From Candidatus Delongbacteria bacterium (GTDB lineage: Bacteria; CAIWAD01): a stretch of 64,000 nt of DNA. Under the pieces are notes generated by a model. The model was not told the DNA's origin. It saw only the letters and a program-made list of their open reading frames with translations, and ran no database searches. The stretch spans positions 448,001 to 512,000 of the forward strand of contig OY760505.1 in assembly GCA_963663545.1 (NCBI GenBank). Direction: 5' to 3'. Both the position numbers and the translations under genes were made by a program. Shown piece by piece: positions 1 through 10,153 of the stretch. Position 1 is the first letter of the stretch; each line of letters starts with the position of its first letter.

Positions 1-348
1 CTCCGCGAAGGAGTAATTCAGAAAACTGTCAAAGCACTCCAACTTGAGGTGGTACGTGCCTGGTTCGGCCTCGACAAGCCAGGCGAACTCCATGCGCCCT
101 TGGCTATTGTACAGTTCCTGCTCCGCTCCGCTTTGGGAGACCAGGGTCAGCGTGTAGTATTCCTGCCCGTTTCCTTCGTCACTGACCGAATACTCAATCT
201 GCTGCACAGACATGAGCTGCACCACAGGTGGCAGGTCGGCCAATGCTACTTGCGGCAAGGAAGTGTCAAGTACTCCCATTGCACTGTCTGCATACTCGGC
301 ATACACTGAAGCTGCGCACAAGAAGAAAGCCAGAACGAGAAGCCTCAT
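1..348 (-). CDS. Secreted hypothetical protein, partial (runs off window start)
   Basis: Hand translation from ATG at 348 (AGGAG RBS upstream): MRLLVLAFFLCAASVYAEYADS..., signal-peptide-like and open to position 1; not in the ORF track. Confidence 0.75.
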   Translation of the reverse strand, partial: MRLLVLAFFLCAASVYAEYADSAMGVLDTSLPQVALADLPPVVQLMSVQQIEYSVSDEGNGQEYYTLTLVSQSGAEQELYNSQGRMEFAWLVEAEPGTYHLKLECFDSFLNYSFAE

Positions 349-713
349 GGTTGTTCTCCTTATTCCGTACACGCACAAGCCATCTCCCGTTGATGGAGCA
401 CGCGAGTCTCTGGATGTTTAGTGAAAAGTGATTTTGCTGCCACAGCCAAGGGCAAATGCTGTGCCTGAATGATAACAGTGAGTTTTAACCGGAAGTTGCC
501 ACTTCTGACAACCAAATATTGCGCTAACGGTTGTTCAATTCAGGTCTGTGGTTGTTCCAAATCCAACAATACCAATTCGGCATTCTCGCTATGGATCTCA
601 CCTGTCTATGGGTATTCTTGCTCAAGACGGTCAGCAGTCTTGATCTCGCTACTATCGACGGCTCTTTGGCGCTGTGACACTGTTATGAAAACGCGTGTCG
701 TGTTACAAGAGAT

Positions 714-3104
714 CTACTCCAGCGTGCTCACCGCCACCACTCGATACCAGGCCTGCTCCCTCTGCAGCGCGTCGTGATCCAGATAAGAAGGCGAGTACAC
801 AGTCGCGATCAGATCGGCCGCGCTCGGCTCGGCCCAGGGAGTGGGCACGCGGTACACCAGCCAGTGGTCGATCGGACGCGGATCCTCCCAGCCAAGAAGG
901 ACACTGTTCTCACTGAGCTCGATTGTAAGCCTGACTGGACTCGCTGCCAAGGTGGATTCGTTTCTGGCAATCATCACCATGCCGGTATAGGCACTACAGA
1001 AGAGCAGACTTGGACGCGGATCACCAGGTAGCGTCACCCACTCGAAAATCCCCACGCTCTCGATGTTCCAGGGACAGGACTGCCGCAGTCCCATGCCAGT
1101 CCAACCGCCCAGATTCTCGTAGTGATACAATGCTGTGTGGACGAACTTAAAGAAATCCAGATCGCCGTCCAGGTCTGCATCACACATGCTCACAGGTCCA
1201 TAGTCGTTGTGCAGGTCGGCAAAGGGCAGATCTACTTCGTCGAAACCTTCTATCCCGTGATTGACAAGAGTCCGTACATAGGGGCGAGAGTACATCCCAC
1301 CATAAGCCCACAGATCCAGATCACCATCGCCCTCAACATCCAGCATCCGAATCTCTTCACCGGCAAAGGACCTGAACTCATAACCAAAGTGATCCTCTAT
1401 CCAGCCTCCAGCCGTTCCCCACCAGACAGTGAAGCCGATGAGGGGAGAACTGGCGGCAATGTCAAGCAGACCGTCGCCATTCAGGTCGCCGACTTCGAGC
1501 TGGTACACAATATCTTCCTGATCGAATGGCTGAATTGCAGGCACCATACTTCCCGCGCCGTCCGAATTCCACATGAGAATACCTGTGCCGCTTCCGCCAA
1601 CAAACAGATCCTGATCGCCGTCACCGTCGATATCGTGGATGCAAACCCGCTCCGGTTGAAGCTGAGTCGGCAGTTCATGACGGGTCCAAACACACGCCGG
1701 ATGTCCATTCTCGAACCATTGCACATAGCCGTCCTCATCCCTGCCGAAAACAAGATCCAAGTCTTCATCACCATCCAGGTCCGCACTGAAAAAGGGCAGA
1801 GTAGCTGGAATACACTCAGCGATGGTGGTCAGCCGGTAGCACCCGGCATGGCTCAAGGTCGGGTCGTACAGGATCAGGCAGGAGTCCGCTGCATCGCAGA
1901 CGATGATTTCCGGTTCGCCGTCCAGGTCCGTGTCACACATGGTTGCAGAAGTGGCGCTCCGTGGCTTGTAGGCAACAGGACGGAAGACGAGCTCCTGGTC
2001 GCTACGGCGTACAACGGAAACTTGATCCATCGAGGCCACTACCGCACCAGACAGCTGTCCCTCCTCCGGATCGAGTGAAGCCAGCGCAGATATACTGCCA
2101 GCATTCGTACGAATCAGCTGTGTCGGCCAGTCTGCGCCTGTCTGCTGTGGATTCTGCGAAAAGTAGATCTCGCCATTGCTGGAACCTGAAAGCAGGTCAG
2201 GCGCTCCGTCTGCGTTCCAATCGAGTAGCTGGACTTCCATCGATCGCCCAGTATTCGCCGGGACTCTGTGTGACAGCCACGTTCCCTCATCCGACAGACG
2301 ATTCTCGTACCACATTAGGCATGTCTGCGACATGCAAAAGCTGACAATGTCCGGATCCCCGTCTTCGTCCAGATCCGCGATATCGAGACACTTCATGCGG
2401 TTTCTGTTTTCTGAAAGCTGCTCCTCTGCGCCCATCTCCCCATGGCCAAGATTCCTCCAGCCAAGCAGGTAGCCATCGTTGGAAGTCATCGCCAGCAAGT
2501 CAGGCGCTCCATCCGTATCCAGATCCACGCTGCAAAGATGGATCAGTGCCGTTGTGCAATTTCCCAGTACTTCGGGCGCGGTGAAATGCAGCCCGGGCAC
2601 TTGCAGGCAGCGTCGCAGAGTCTGTCCGCTAGCATAGCCGCAGACCAGATCCGGCAGGCCGTCCGAGTTCAAATCGGTGACACACAGGGAGAGCAGTGCC
2701 TCATCAACAAGCACTTCGTGATACATGAAAGTGGCCACCTGGTTCTCGTAAACAGCCAGCACTCCTTCGCCCGGGCTGAGCAGCACCAGATCCAGATCGC
2801 CGTCGCCCTCCAGGTCCACCAGCACCGGCTGCTCCGGGTTTGCCAGCTGCTCGCCAATGAGATGAACGGCTGCGCCCGGCATGTCGGCCTCGTCGGACTC
2901 GTACCAGTACACGCCGCCGGGATCGCTGTAACACACCAGCAGGTCCTGGTGGCCGTCGCCGTTCAGGTCGCCGCTAGCAACCGCAGTGGGCTCACCGGGC
3001 AGGAAGTCAACTTCCTCCGGATGATGAAACTGGATGTGCTGGGCGTGTGCGGCTGTAAAGCAGCCTGCCAGTGAAAGACAAAGAAGCGTTGCCCTGGTGT
3101 TCAT
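714..3104 (-). CDS. Secreted FG-GAP/VCBS repeat protein with C-terminal 'YRVxA' domain
   Basis: Many DxD/NGDGxxDL repeats; signal peptide MNTRATLLCLSLAG; GGAGG RBS before ATG 3104. Confidence 0.9.
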   Translation of the reverse strand: MNTRATLLCLSLAGCFTAAHAQHIQFHHPEEVDFLPGEPTAVASGDLNGDGHQDLLVCYSDPGGVYWYESDEADMPGAAVHLIGEQLANPEQPVLVDLEGDGDLDLVLLSPGEGVLAVYENQVATFMYHEVLVDEALLSLCVTDLNSDGLPDLVCGYASGQTLRRCLQVPGLHFTAPEVLGNCTTALIHLCSVDLDTDGAPDLLAMTSNDGYLLGWRNLGHGEMGAEEQLSENRNRMKCLDIADLDEDGDPDIVSFCMSQTCLMWYENRLSDEGTWLSHRVPANTGRSMEVQLLDWNADGAPDLLSGSSNGEIYFSQNPQQTGADWPTQLIRTNAGSISALASLDPEEGQLSGAVVASMDQVSVVRRSDQELVFRPVAYKPRSATSATMCDTDLDGEPEIIVCDAADSCLILYDPTLSHAGCYRLTTIAECIPATLPFFSADLDGDEDLDLVFGRDEDGYVQWFENGHPACVWTRHELPTQLQPERVCIHDIDGDGDQDLFVGGSGTGILMWNSDGAGSMVPAIQPFDQEDIVYQLEVGDLNGDGLLDIAASSPLIGFTVWWGTAGGWIEDHFGYEFRSFAGEEIRMLDVEGDGDLDLWAYGGMYSRPYVRTLVNHGIEGFDEVDLPFADLHNDYGPVSMCDADLDGDLDFFKFVHTALYHYENLGGWTGMGLRQSCPWNIESVGIFEWVTLPGDPRPSLLFCSAYTGMVMIARNESTLAASPVRLTIELSENSVLLGWEDPRPIDHWLVYRVPTPWAEPSAADLIATVYSPSYLDHDALQREQAWYRVVAVSTLE

Positions 3105-3374
3105 GATTCCCTCCCTGCTACAGTTCACGGTGGCACCGGTTGCGCATAAGACAGCGGCGTTCCGTTTAACCGAGGCGCATGAGCTGACCTGTGAGTTGTG
3201 CAGGGGAAAATAGGGTGCGTTCTACGCTCATCCAAGAGGATTCTGGCCGGACAGGTCAAACGGGTTGGCGCAAGTGGGCGTGTTTCAGGGAAAAAGCTGA
3301 ATTGCTCTATCGCGCTGTGACACATGTCGAGTCTAGAGACGTCAGCGGTTGTGTCACCTGCCACTAGAGAAGAA

Positions 3375-3396
3375 AGAGCGGGATGGCTCCCGCTCT
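3375..3396 (-). terminator. Probable intrinsic terminator after ftcd
   Basis: AGAGCGGGA-tggc-TCCCGCTCT hairpin with T-rich tail on the minus strand. Confidence 0.6.
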
Positions 3397-3466
3397 GGTT
3401 GTTTGCAATCTGGGACTCCGATACCGATCCGACTCCATAGGAGTCGGCACCGATACCGATCAGAAG

Positions 3467-5161
3467 CTAGCCTTTGTACGACAGCTTCTCCTCCACGGCC
3501 TTCAGCAGTGCGCTGCGGCGCTCATGCAGCTTCTGCTGGATCTCCGCCGTGCGGGTGTTGATGTCGGCGGCCCAGGCTTTGTCGGTGATGTCGGCCAGGT
3601 TGATGCGCACGTTCATGGCGGCGCCGTCACACGCAGTGCCCAGACACAGCGCGGCCACACCGGCATCGGAAAGCGAATTCTGGTTGCCACGGGCGGCGAC
3701 GGCCTCGATCAGGTCCAGCACCGGCAGGCAACGCTCGACCACCTCGAAGGGCACCAGGGTCACATGCTGCTGCGCCTCTTCCATCGCTGTAGCACGAAGG
3801 GCTTCCTGCTCCGCCGTGTCCTTGGGAAGACGTCGGGCGGCGATCATGGCGTCAAAGGCTTCTGTATCACGGTCAACGGCGGCCAGGAAGAATTCCTTGT
3901 GGCCCTGTCCCTCGACGGAGATGCGATCCATCTCCTCGTTGTACTTGGTATAGCCCTTCTTGCCGTGGGTCAGATTGGCTACCATGGCCGCCAGCGAAGC
4001 CGCCAGCGCACCACAGAGGGCCGCCGTGCTGCCTCCGCCGGGCGCCATTGCGTCACTGGCCAGCAGATCGTTGAAGTCGTTGATCTTGAGGTCCACCAGG
4101 CGACCGCTGCGCTTCTGCACACGGTAGTCGACGATCTTCTTCTCGATCTCGAAGGGGTAAAGATCGGCCAGGCCCATGGAACGTACGGCGCACTCCACCA
4201 GCTCGCGCTCGCTGACGCCGGCGGGTTTGCCCTGCTTGCGCAAGTAGAAGCGCCCGGCCTCCAGCAGGCTAGCCAGTGGTACCAGGCCGACGATCTCGGC
4301 ACCCGTGACACGCATGCCGCGCTTCTCCGCCTCGGCGCAGATGGTGTCGAAGCACTGGTGCAGCGGCGTCAGCTTGTAGTTGGTCAGATTCATCGAGATC
4401 TGCGCACGACCGCCGAAGTCGTCGATGTACCAGCCGACGGCCTTGGTGTTCTTCAGCAGGCCGTCCTGCTTCAGGCGATTGCCTTCTGCATCACGCAGGA
4501 ATTTGCCGCTCTCGTCACGGGCAAAACGACCGCTCTCACGCACCGTCAGCGCGATATCGTGTGCCAGCGCGGCGTCGCGCGTATTCAGATTGAAATTCCA
4601 GGCAATCAGGAATTCGCGGGCGCTGATGGCGGTTGCCCCGCTCTTCTGCTGACGCTCGCCGAACGCTGCCGGACCGCAGTCGGGCTTCCACTCGGGATCG
4701 GCCAGTTTGTGACCCAGGCCTTCGTACTCGCCACTGCGCACGGTGGCCAAGTTGCGGCGCTGCTTGCTGGTGGCGGCGTGCTCGTAGAAGTAGACGGGAA
4801 TCTGCAGCTCGGCACCGACGCGCTCGCCCAGCTGGTGGGCCAGCTCGGCACACTCTTCCATGCTGATGTTGCTCACAGGCACGAAGGGGCAAACGTCAGT
4901 GGCGCCAAAACGCGGATGCTCGCCGTGATGATGACGCATATCGATGACTTCGGCGGCCTTCTGGATCACGCGGAAAGCGGCCTCCTTGACGGCCTCGGGC
5001 TCGCCGACAAATGTGATCACCGTGCGGTTGGTGGTCTCGCCGGGGTCCACATCCAGCAGCACCACGCCCTCGACGGTCTCAACCACATCGGTCACCGCCT
5101 TGATTTTCGCCTTGTCACGGCCTTCCGAGATGTTGGGTACACACTCAACAATGCGCTTCAT
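3467..5161 (-). CDS. ftcd: Bifunctional glutamate formimidoyltransferase / formiminotetrahydrofolate cyclodeaminase
   Basis: N-terminus MKRIVECVPNISEGRD, HxGEHPRFGATDVCPF motif, C-terminal APGGGS cyclodeaminase domain. Confidence 0.95.
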   Translation of the reverse strand: MKRIVECVPNISEGRDKAKIKAVTDVVETVEGVVLLDVDPGETTNRTVITFVGEPEAVKEAAFRVIQKAAEVIDMRHHHGEHPRFGATDVCPFVPVSNISMEECAELAHQLGERVGAELQIPVYFYEHAATSKQRRNLATVRSGEYEGLGHKLADPEWKPDCGPAAFGERQQKSGATAISAREFLIAWNFNLNTRDAALAHDIALTVRESGRFARDESGKFLRDAEGNRLKQDGLLKNTKAVGWYIDDFGGRAQISMNLTNYKLTPLHQCFDTICAEAEKRGMRVTGAEIVGLVPLASLLEAGRFYLRKQGKPAGVSERELVECAVRSMGLADLYPFEIEKKIVDYRVQKRSGRLVDLKINDFNDLLASDAMAPGGGSTAALCGALAASLAAMVANLTHGKKGYTKYNEEMDRISVEGQGHKEFFLAAVDRDTEAFDAMIAARRLPKDTAEQEALRATAMEEAQQHVTLVPFEVVERCLPVLDLIEAVAARGNQNSLSDAGVAALCLGTACDGAAMNVRINLADITDKAWAADINTRTAEIQQKLHERRSALLKAVEEKLSYKG

Positions 5162-5289
5162 ATCTGCTCCTTGTGCATTTGTCTGCTCAAGCCACTCACT
5201 GGCTGCAAAGTAGCAAACGGCAAGTGGCCACCAATTCGTGATACACGAAAAGAAAAGGCCGACTTGCGCCGGCCTCAATCAATCGTTTG

Positions 5290-6531
5290 CTAGAAGCGGT
5301 ACCCGGAGGGAATCTGCGTTGAGCGCGCAACGACGATAATGCCGTCCACGACTTCGATGAACTCGTCGCGGTACTCCGTCAGCCGCTTCTCGTTGATCAG
5401 TTTGACGTCGGCGCCAATGCGCGCACCCTTGTCGATAATGGCGCCGCGGATGTGTGTATCACGACCGATGGCCTGAGGCAGCATGCCCTCCGGCGGCGAC
5501 TGGAAATCGTACTCGTCCGCACCCATCAGGATGCTGTCCTCGATCACCGCGCCCTGGCCGATGACGCTGCGGATGCCGATCACGCTGTGCCAGATGCGAC
5601 CGCCGTTGATAAAGCAGCCGTCGCAGATCACCGATTCTGTCACACGGCAGTCGTGCAGTTTGCTGGGCGGCAGGTAGCGCGCGTTGGTATAGATCGGGCG
5701 CTCCTGGTGATACAATTCCACCTCAGGCACACGGCGCGTCAGCATCAGGTTGGCCTCGTAGAAGGAGCGGATGGTTCCGATGTCCTCCCAGTAGCCGTCG
5801 TGCATGAAGGCATGTACGCGATCGCTGTCGATCGCGTGGGGAATGATCTCGCGGCCAAAGTCGGTGCAGTCCTCGTGCGTGTCCAGCAGCCGCGTCAAGG
5901 CTTCGGTATCAAAGACGTAGATGCCCATGCTGGCCAGATAGCGACCGTCCGCTTGCGCAAGCTCGCGCAGCTCCTCTTCGGTTTTGGGCTTTTCAACGAA
6001 GCGGCGAATGCTGCCGTCGGCGTTGGTGTGCATGATGCCGAAGCCCTTGGCTGCATCACGCTTCACCGCCGTCGTGGCCACGGTCACCGGGCACTCACAG
6101 CGGATGTGTGACAGCACGAGTTCGCCTAGATCCATGGTGTAGAGCTGGTCACCGGATAGGATCAGCACGTGTGTCGGATTGTACGCGCGCAGATGCGGCA
6201 GCACCTGGCGCACCGCGTCCGCCGTGCCCTGGAACCAGTTGGCGTTGTCCGGCGTCTGCTCTGCCGCGAAGACCTCGACGAAACTGTCGCGGAAATCGCG
6301 CATGTAGTAGCTGTTGTGGATGTGGCGGTTCAGCGAATAGCTATTGAACTGCGTCAACACATAGACCTTGGTCAGGCCCGCGTGAATGCAATTGGAAAGG
6401 GGAATATCCACCAAGCGGTACTTGCCGCCGAAGGAAACCGCTGGCTTGCTGCGGCGACGCGTCAGTGGCATCAGGCGCGAGCCCTGTCCACCGCCGAGGA
6501 TTACGGTCACGACCCTGTCGAGTCTCTCCAT
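5290..6531 (-). CDS. glgC: Glucose-1-phosphate adenylyltransferase
   Basis: ILGGGQGSRLMPLT...KPAVSFGGKYRLVDIPLSNC, WFQGTADAV, FVEKP. Confidence 0.97.
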   Translation of the reverse strand: MERLDRVVTVILGGGQGSRLMPLTRRRSKPAVSFGGKYRLVDIPLSNCIHAGLTKVYVLTQFNSYSLNRHIHNSYYMRDFRDSFVEVFAAEQTPDNANWFQGTADAVRQVLPHLRAYNPTHVLILSGDQLYTMDLGELVLSHIRCECPVTVATTAVKRDAAKGFGIMHTNADGSIRRFVEKPKTEEELRELAQADGRYLASMGIYVFDTEALTRLLDTHEDCTDFGREIIPHAIDSDRVHAFMHDGYWEDIGTIRSFYEANLMLTRRVPEVELYHQERPIYTNARYLPPSKLHDCRVTESVICDGCFINGGRIWHSVIGIRSVIGQGAVIEDSILMGADEYDFQSPPEGMLPQAIGRDTHIRGAIIDKGARIGADVKLINEKRLTEYRDEFIEVVDGIIVVARSTQIPSGYRF

Positions 6532-6591
6532 CTCTTCCCCCTGTCCATCTTGCCCAAAGTTGTATCACGTCAACATCAATGTAACACAGGT

Positions 6592-7251
6592 TCACATCAT
6601 CGTTGCCAGGCGCTCCACCAAGTGGTGAATGCCGCGCTCTACTTGCAAGGGAGACACCGCGCTGTTCCAGGCGGAAACCGTGACCAGCCGGTTGCCCTTG
6701 TCGACGCAGATTTCATCGGCGGCGCAATTCTGATGGGTGGCTCCCCAGCCCTCAACCATGCCTGCCAACTCCGCATTGTCACCCAAGGTGACTAGCGGAT
6801 AGCGACCCGCCTTTCCCAATACATGCGCAGCGATAACCGGTGCAATGCAAATGAAGCCCAGGCATCCATGCTGTCGATGCATACTCAACACCGCCGCTTC
6901 CACCTGCGGATGCACACTCATGGCTTGTCCGTCGTAGGCGAAGGAACACAGATTTTTAGCCACACCAAAACCGCCCGGGAAGATCAAACCCTGGAAATCT
7001 GCCGGTGTGAGCTCACTCAAGGGACGAATGGCACCGCGCACAATGCGGGCCGCCTCACGCATCTGGTTGCGTCCCTCCTGAGCCGCCTCTCTGCCTGTGT
7101 GATCCACCACATCGCGCTGCGCCTCATCGGGCGCAAACCATTCCACCGCAATCTCGTTTCGCGCAAGTGCAAGCAGCGTGCAAACGACTTCCTGAATCTC
7201 GGAGCCGTCATATACACCGCAGCCGGTGAGAATTCCAGCGACCTTTTTCAC
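6592..7251 (-). CDS. elbB: ElbB/ES1-type glyoxalase (DJ-1/PfpI superfamily)
   Basis: GCGVYDGSEIQE, FPGGFGVAKNLC, ICIAP; GTG start at 7251 after AGGAGG. Confidence 0.9.
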   Translation of the reverse strand: MKKVAGILTGCGVYDGSEIQEVVCTLLALARNEIAVEWFAPDEAQRDVVDHTGREAAQEGRNQMREAARIVRGAIRPLSELTPADFQGLIFPGGFGVAKNLCSFAYDGQAMSVHPQVEAAVLSMHRQHGCLGFICIAPVIAAHVLGKAGRYPLVTLGDNAELAGMVEGWGATHQNCAADEICVDKGNRLVTVSAWNSAVSPLQVERGIHHLVERLATMM

Positions 7252-7290
7252 AAGTCCTCCTATTGCAAAACGGAGAGTAGCACTCAATAC

Positions 7291-7319
7291 AAACCGGCCC
7301 CCCTTGCGGGTGGGCCGGT
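7291..7319 (-). terminator. Probable intrinsic terminator
   Basis: ACCGGCCC...GGGCCGGT stem followed by TTT on the minus strand. Confidence 0.55.
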
Positions 7320-7366
7320 AGCGTGTTCAGACAAGATAGGATCGCAGCAGGTGGGAATCAGGCTTC

Positions 7367-7576
7367 TCAAGCCTCCACATCGGGATTCTGCTCCAGACCC
7401 TTCTCTACCATTTGATCCTGGATCCTAGCGCGCGACCAACAAGTCTCGCAATAATAGGTCTCCGGAATGCTGAAATCGGGGTAGTACATTTCCTGATCAT
7501 TCTCGGTCAAACACACAGCGCACTGCATGCCGGGCTGCCAAGGGACAGCGCGTTCCTGGTTGACGGGTTCAAACAT
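7367..7576 (-). CDS. Small putative zinc-binding protein (CxxC...CxxC)
   Basis: 69 aa with CAVC and CETC; GGAGG RBS; directly downstream of rny. Confidence 0.7.
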   Translation of the reverse strand: MFEPVNQERAVPWQPGMQCAVCLTENDQEMYYPDFSIPETYYCETCWSRARIQDQMVEKGLEQNPDVEA

Positions 7577-7626
7577 AGTCTACCTCCAGGGTTGGTAACA
7601 ACCGCCTCGGATGGCTATCAACTGCC

Positions 7627-9165
7627 TCAGACCGCGGTAGCTACAGCCTTCGTTTCACGTATCACGACAACCTTGATTGAGCCAGGAAACTCCATCTCCT
7701 GGCTTATCTTCTGAGCAATATCGCTGGACAGCACGTCAGCCATGCTGTCGCTGATTTTCTCTGATTCGGCAACGATGCGGATTTCGCGGCCAGCATAAAG
7801 GGCGTAAACACGATGCACGCCGGGAAAAGCCTCGGCGATGGATTCCAGCTTCTCCACGCGCTTGGTGTAGCTGTCCACACTGTCGCGGCGGCTGCCGGGA
7901 CGTGCCGAGCTGATGATGTCGGCGGCGGTGACAAGTTCGCTGATGGGATCGATGGGCGGCGCTTCGTTGTGATGCGCCATCACCGAGTTAATGACGATGG
8001 GGTGCTCGCGCACGCGCTTCGTGACTTCGACACCAATGGCCACATGGCTGCGCTCGCTGCCGTTGCTCTCGGCCTTGCCAACGTCGTGCAGCAAACCCGC
8101 GCGCTTGGCCAGCATGACATCCAGGCCCAACTCGGCGGCCATGGCTCCCGCAATGCTCGCCACTTCGCGGCTGTGATCCAGCACGTTCTGACCGTAACTG
8201 GTACGATAGCGCAAGCGGCCCAGCATACGCTTCAGATCAGGATGCACGTTCAGTTTGAGCTCGCGCAGCACCTTGCCCGCAGCCTCGTTCATCACACCAT
8301 CTACCTGGCGCGTGGCCTTGGCAACTGCCTCCTGAATGGTCTTGGGTGAGAAGTTGCGGCTCTTGATCAGGGCTTCCAGCGCAATGCGCGCAATTTCGCG
8401 TCTGACGGGATCGAAGCAGCTGAGCACGATGGTGTCCGGCGTTTCGTCCACGATCATTTTGGCGCCGGTGATTTGCTCAAAGCTCTTGATGTTACGGCCT
8501 TCGCGACCGATGATCATGCCCTTGATGCGATTGTTGGGGATCTCCACCTCTTTGATGGTGGCTTCGCCAGCCGTATCGGCCGCCTGCTTCTCGATGGCGG
8601 TGATGATGATCTCGCGTGCTTCTCGGGAGGCGGTTTCGCGTGCGCGGTTCTTGATTTCCGCGACCTGCTCGGCGGCTTCCTGCTCAAAACGCTCGGTGGC
8701 GATTTCCAGCACCTCGCGGCGCGCCTCATCCATGGTCAGCCCGGCGATGCTGGTCAGGCGATCCACCTGTTCATCGATGCGCTGTTTCAGCTCAATCTTG
8801 AGCTGCTCCTGCTCCTCTTCGCGATGGTCAAGCTCCTTCAGGCGCAGCTTGGTTTCCATCTCCAGATCGTGCGCGGCCTTAGCCTGTGCGCGAATTTCGG
8901 TCTCGCGACCGCGAATTTGCTGTTCGCGCTGCTGAAGCTTCTTCTCACGACGACGCAGGTCCTCCTTGCGGCGATTCTCCTTCTGCGCCCACTCCTCGCG
9001 GGCACTGATCAGAGCTTGCTTGCGGATGGTGTCTGCCTCGCGCTTGGCGTGAGTCAGAATATCTTCAGCTGCACTGCGCTGGCGGCGATTGTAGGCCACA
9101 ACAACAGCGGCGCTCAATCCAGCTCCAACCAGCAGTCCCAGCAGCAATGTCAACCCGTAATACAT
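7627..9165 (-). CDS. rny: Ribonuclease Y
   Basis: N-terminal TM, coiled coil, KH domain (KGMIIGREGRNIK), HD domain (GLLHDVGK), ISSARPGSR. Confidence 0.97.
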   Translation of the reverse strand: MYYGLTLLLGLLVGAGLSAAVVVAYNRRQRSAAEDILTHAKREADTIRKQALISAREEWAQKENRRKEDLRRREKKLQQREQQIRGRETEIRAQAKAAHDLEMETKLRLKELDHREEEQEQLKIELKQRIDEQVDRLTSIAGLTMDEARREVLEIATERFEQEAAEQVAEIKNRARETASREAREIIITAIEKQAADTAGEATIKEVEIPNNRIKGMIIGREGRNIKSFEQITGAKMIVDETPDTIVLSCFDPVRREIARIALEALIKSRNFSPKTIQEAVAKATRQVDGVMNEAAGKVLRELKLNVHPDLKRMLGRLRYRTSYGQNVLDHSREVASIAGAMAAELGLDVMLAKRAGLLHDVGKAESNGSERSHVAIGVEVTKRVREHPIVINSVMAHHNEAPPIDPISELVTAADIISSARPGSRRDSVDSYTKRVEKLESIAEAFPGVHRVYALYAGREIRIVAESEKISDSMADVLSSDIAQKISQEMEFPGSIKVVVIRETKAVATAV

Positions 9166-9274
9166 CAGTTCTCCGTATATGTACGTTTCCTTCTGGGGAA
9201 GCAAACAAGAGTACTAAATGGTACGCTGATTTCGGAGCACAAAGTGTTATCGACCGAGGAATCTGAAGCTGGGA

Positions 9275-10153
9275 TCAGAGACGGCACGCTCGCCGCAACC
9301 GACGAGTGAAGCGGTCCGAAAGGTCCTGAAGACTGAATCGAGGCGGATGATAATCACTTCCATCGTCGCGAACGCCGTGATAATCGCTGCCTGCGGTCCA
9401 GATCAGTTTATTACGCCTTGCAAGCTCCATCAGCAGCTTGCTTTGTCCGCCCTTGTGCCCGGGATGCCGCGCCTCCAGGCCGTCCACACCGCAATGCAAA
9501 GCTGGCAGAAACTCACTGTCCGGCAGGCTTTTGCCCGGATGGGCCAGCACCACCAGGCCGTCCTGGGCGTGAGCGATGCGCACCACTTCAGCGGCCGCGG
9601 GTAATTCCTTAGCGACGCCAGCAGGCTTATCGTTGGCCAAATAACGATGAAATGCCTGTGCAAAGTTATTGACAACTCCCAGCCTGAGCAGCTCGGCGGC
9701 CAGATGCGGGCGACCGGCGCTTCCCGTGGCCAGCAGCTCACTGAAACGGGCACGCTCCACCTCAACCCCCTCGGCGTACAGACACTCAAGCATGCGGTCG
9801 AAGCGACGCACGCGCTCTTGACGGATGGCGCTCAGCAGCCTATCGAAATCGCCTTCGCCTGCAGGAATGCCGTAGACGAGCAAGTGGACCTCGGCCCCCT
9901 CCGCCGAAAACACAGGCAGTTGATTGGAGGAAGCCCGCTTCTCTACCGGACGCAGCCGAGCCGAGACCTCGACGCCTGGCAAAGCGTACATGCCGCATGC
10001 GTGAGCGGCCCGGCAGAATTCCTCGCTGCCCGCCTGAGTATCATGGTCGGTGAGTGCAGCACCAAGAATGCCGCGAGCGTGCAAGAGCTCCACCAGTCGA
10101 GTTGGACTGTGGCGACCATCGCTGCAGGTAGAATGCAGGTGCAGATCGATCAC
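9275..10153 (-). CDS. PHP domain phosphoesterase (TrpH/YciV-like)
   Basis: DLHLHSTCSDG, ALTDHDT, LAHP, GSDYHG. Confidence 0.93.
   Translation of the reverse strand: MIDLHLHSTCSDGRHSPTRLVELLHARGILGAALTDHDTQAGSEEFCRAAHACGMYALPGVEVSARLRPVEKRASSNQLPVFSAEGAEVHLLVYGIPAGEGDFDRLLSAIRQERVRRFDRMLECLYAEGVEVERARFSELLATGSAGRPHLAAELLRLGVVNNFAQAFHRYLANDKPAGVAKELPAAAEVVRIAHAQDGLVVLAHPGKSLPDSEFLPALHCGVDGLEARHPGHKGGQSKLLMELARRNKLIWTAGSDYHGVRDDGSDYHPPRFSLQDLSDRFTRRLRRACRL

Noticed and set aside
3383-5293. Long plus-strand ORFs such as 3383-5293, 52882-54180, 11334-12515 and 41278-42429
   Set aside because: Antisense shadows of well-supported genes, expected with GC-rich codon usage.
9166-9275. Possible 6S RNA upstream of rny
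   Set aside because: The gap is only about 110 nt and shows no long closing stem.
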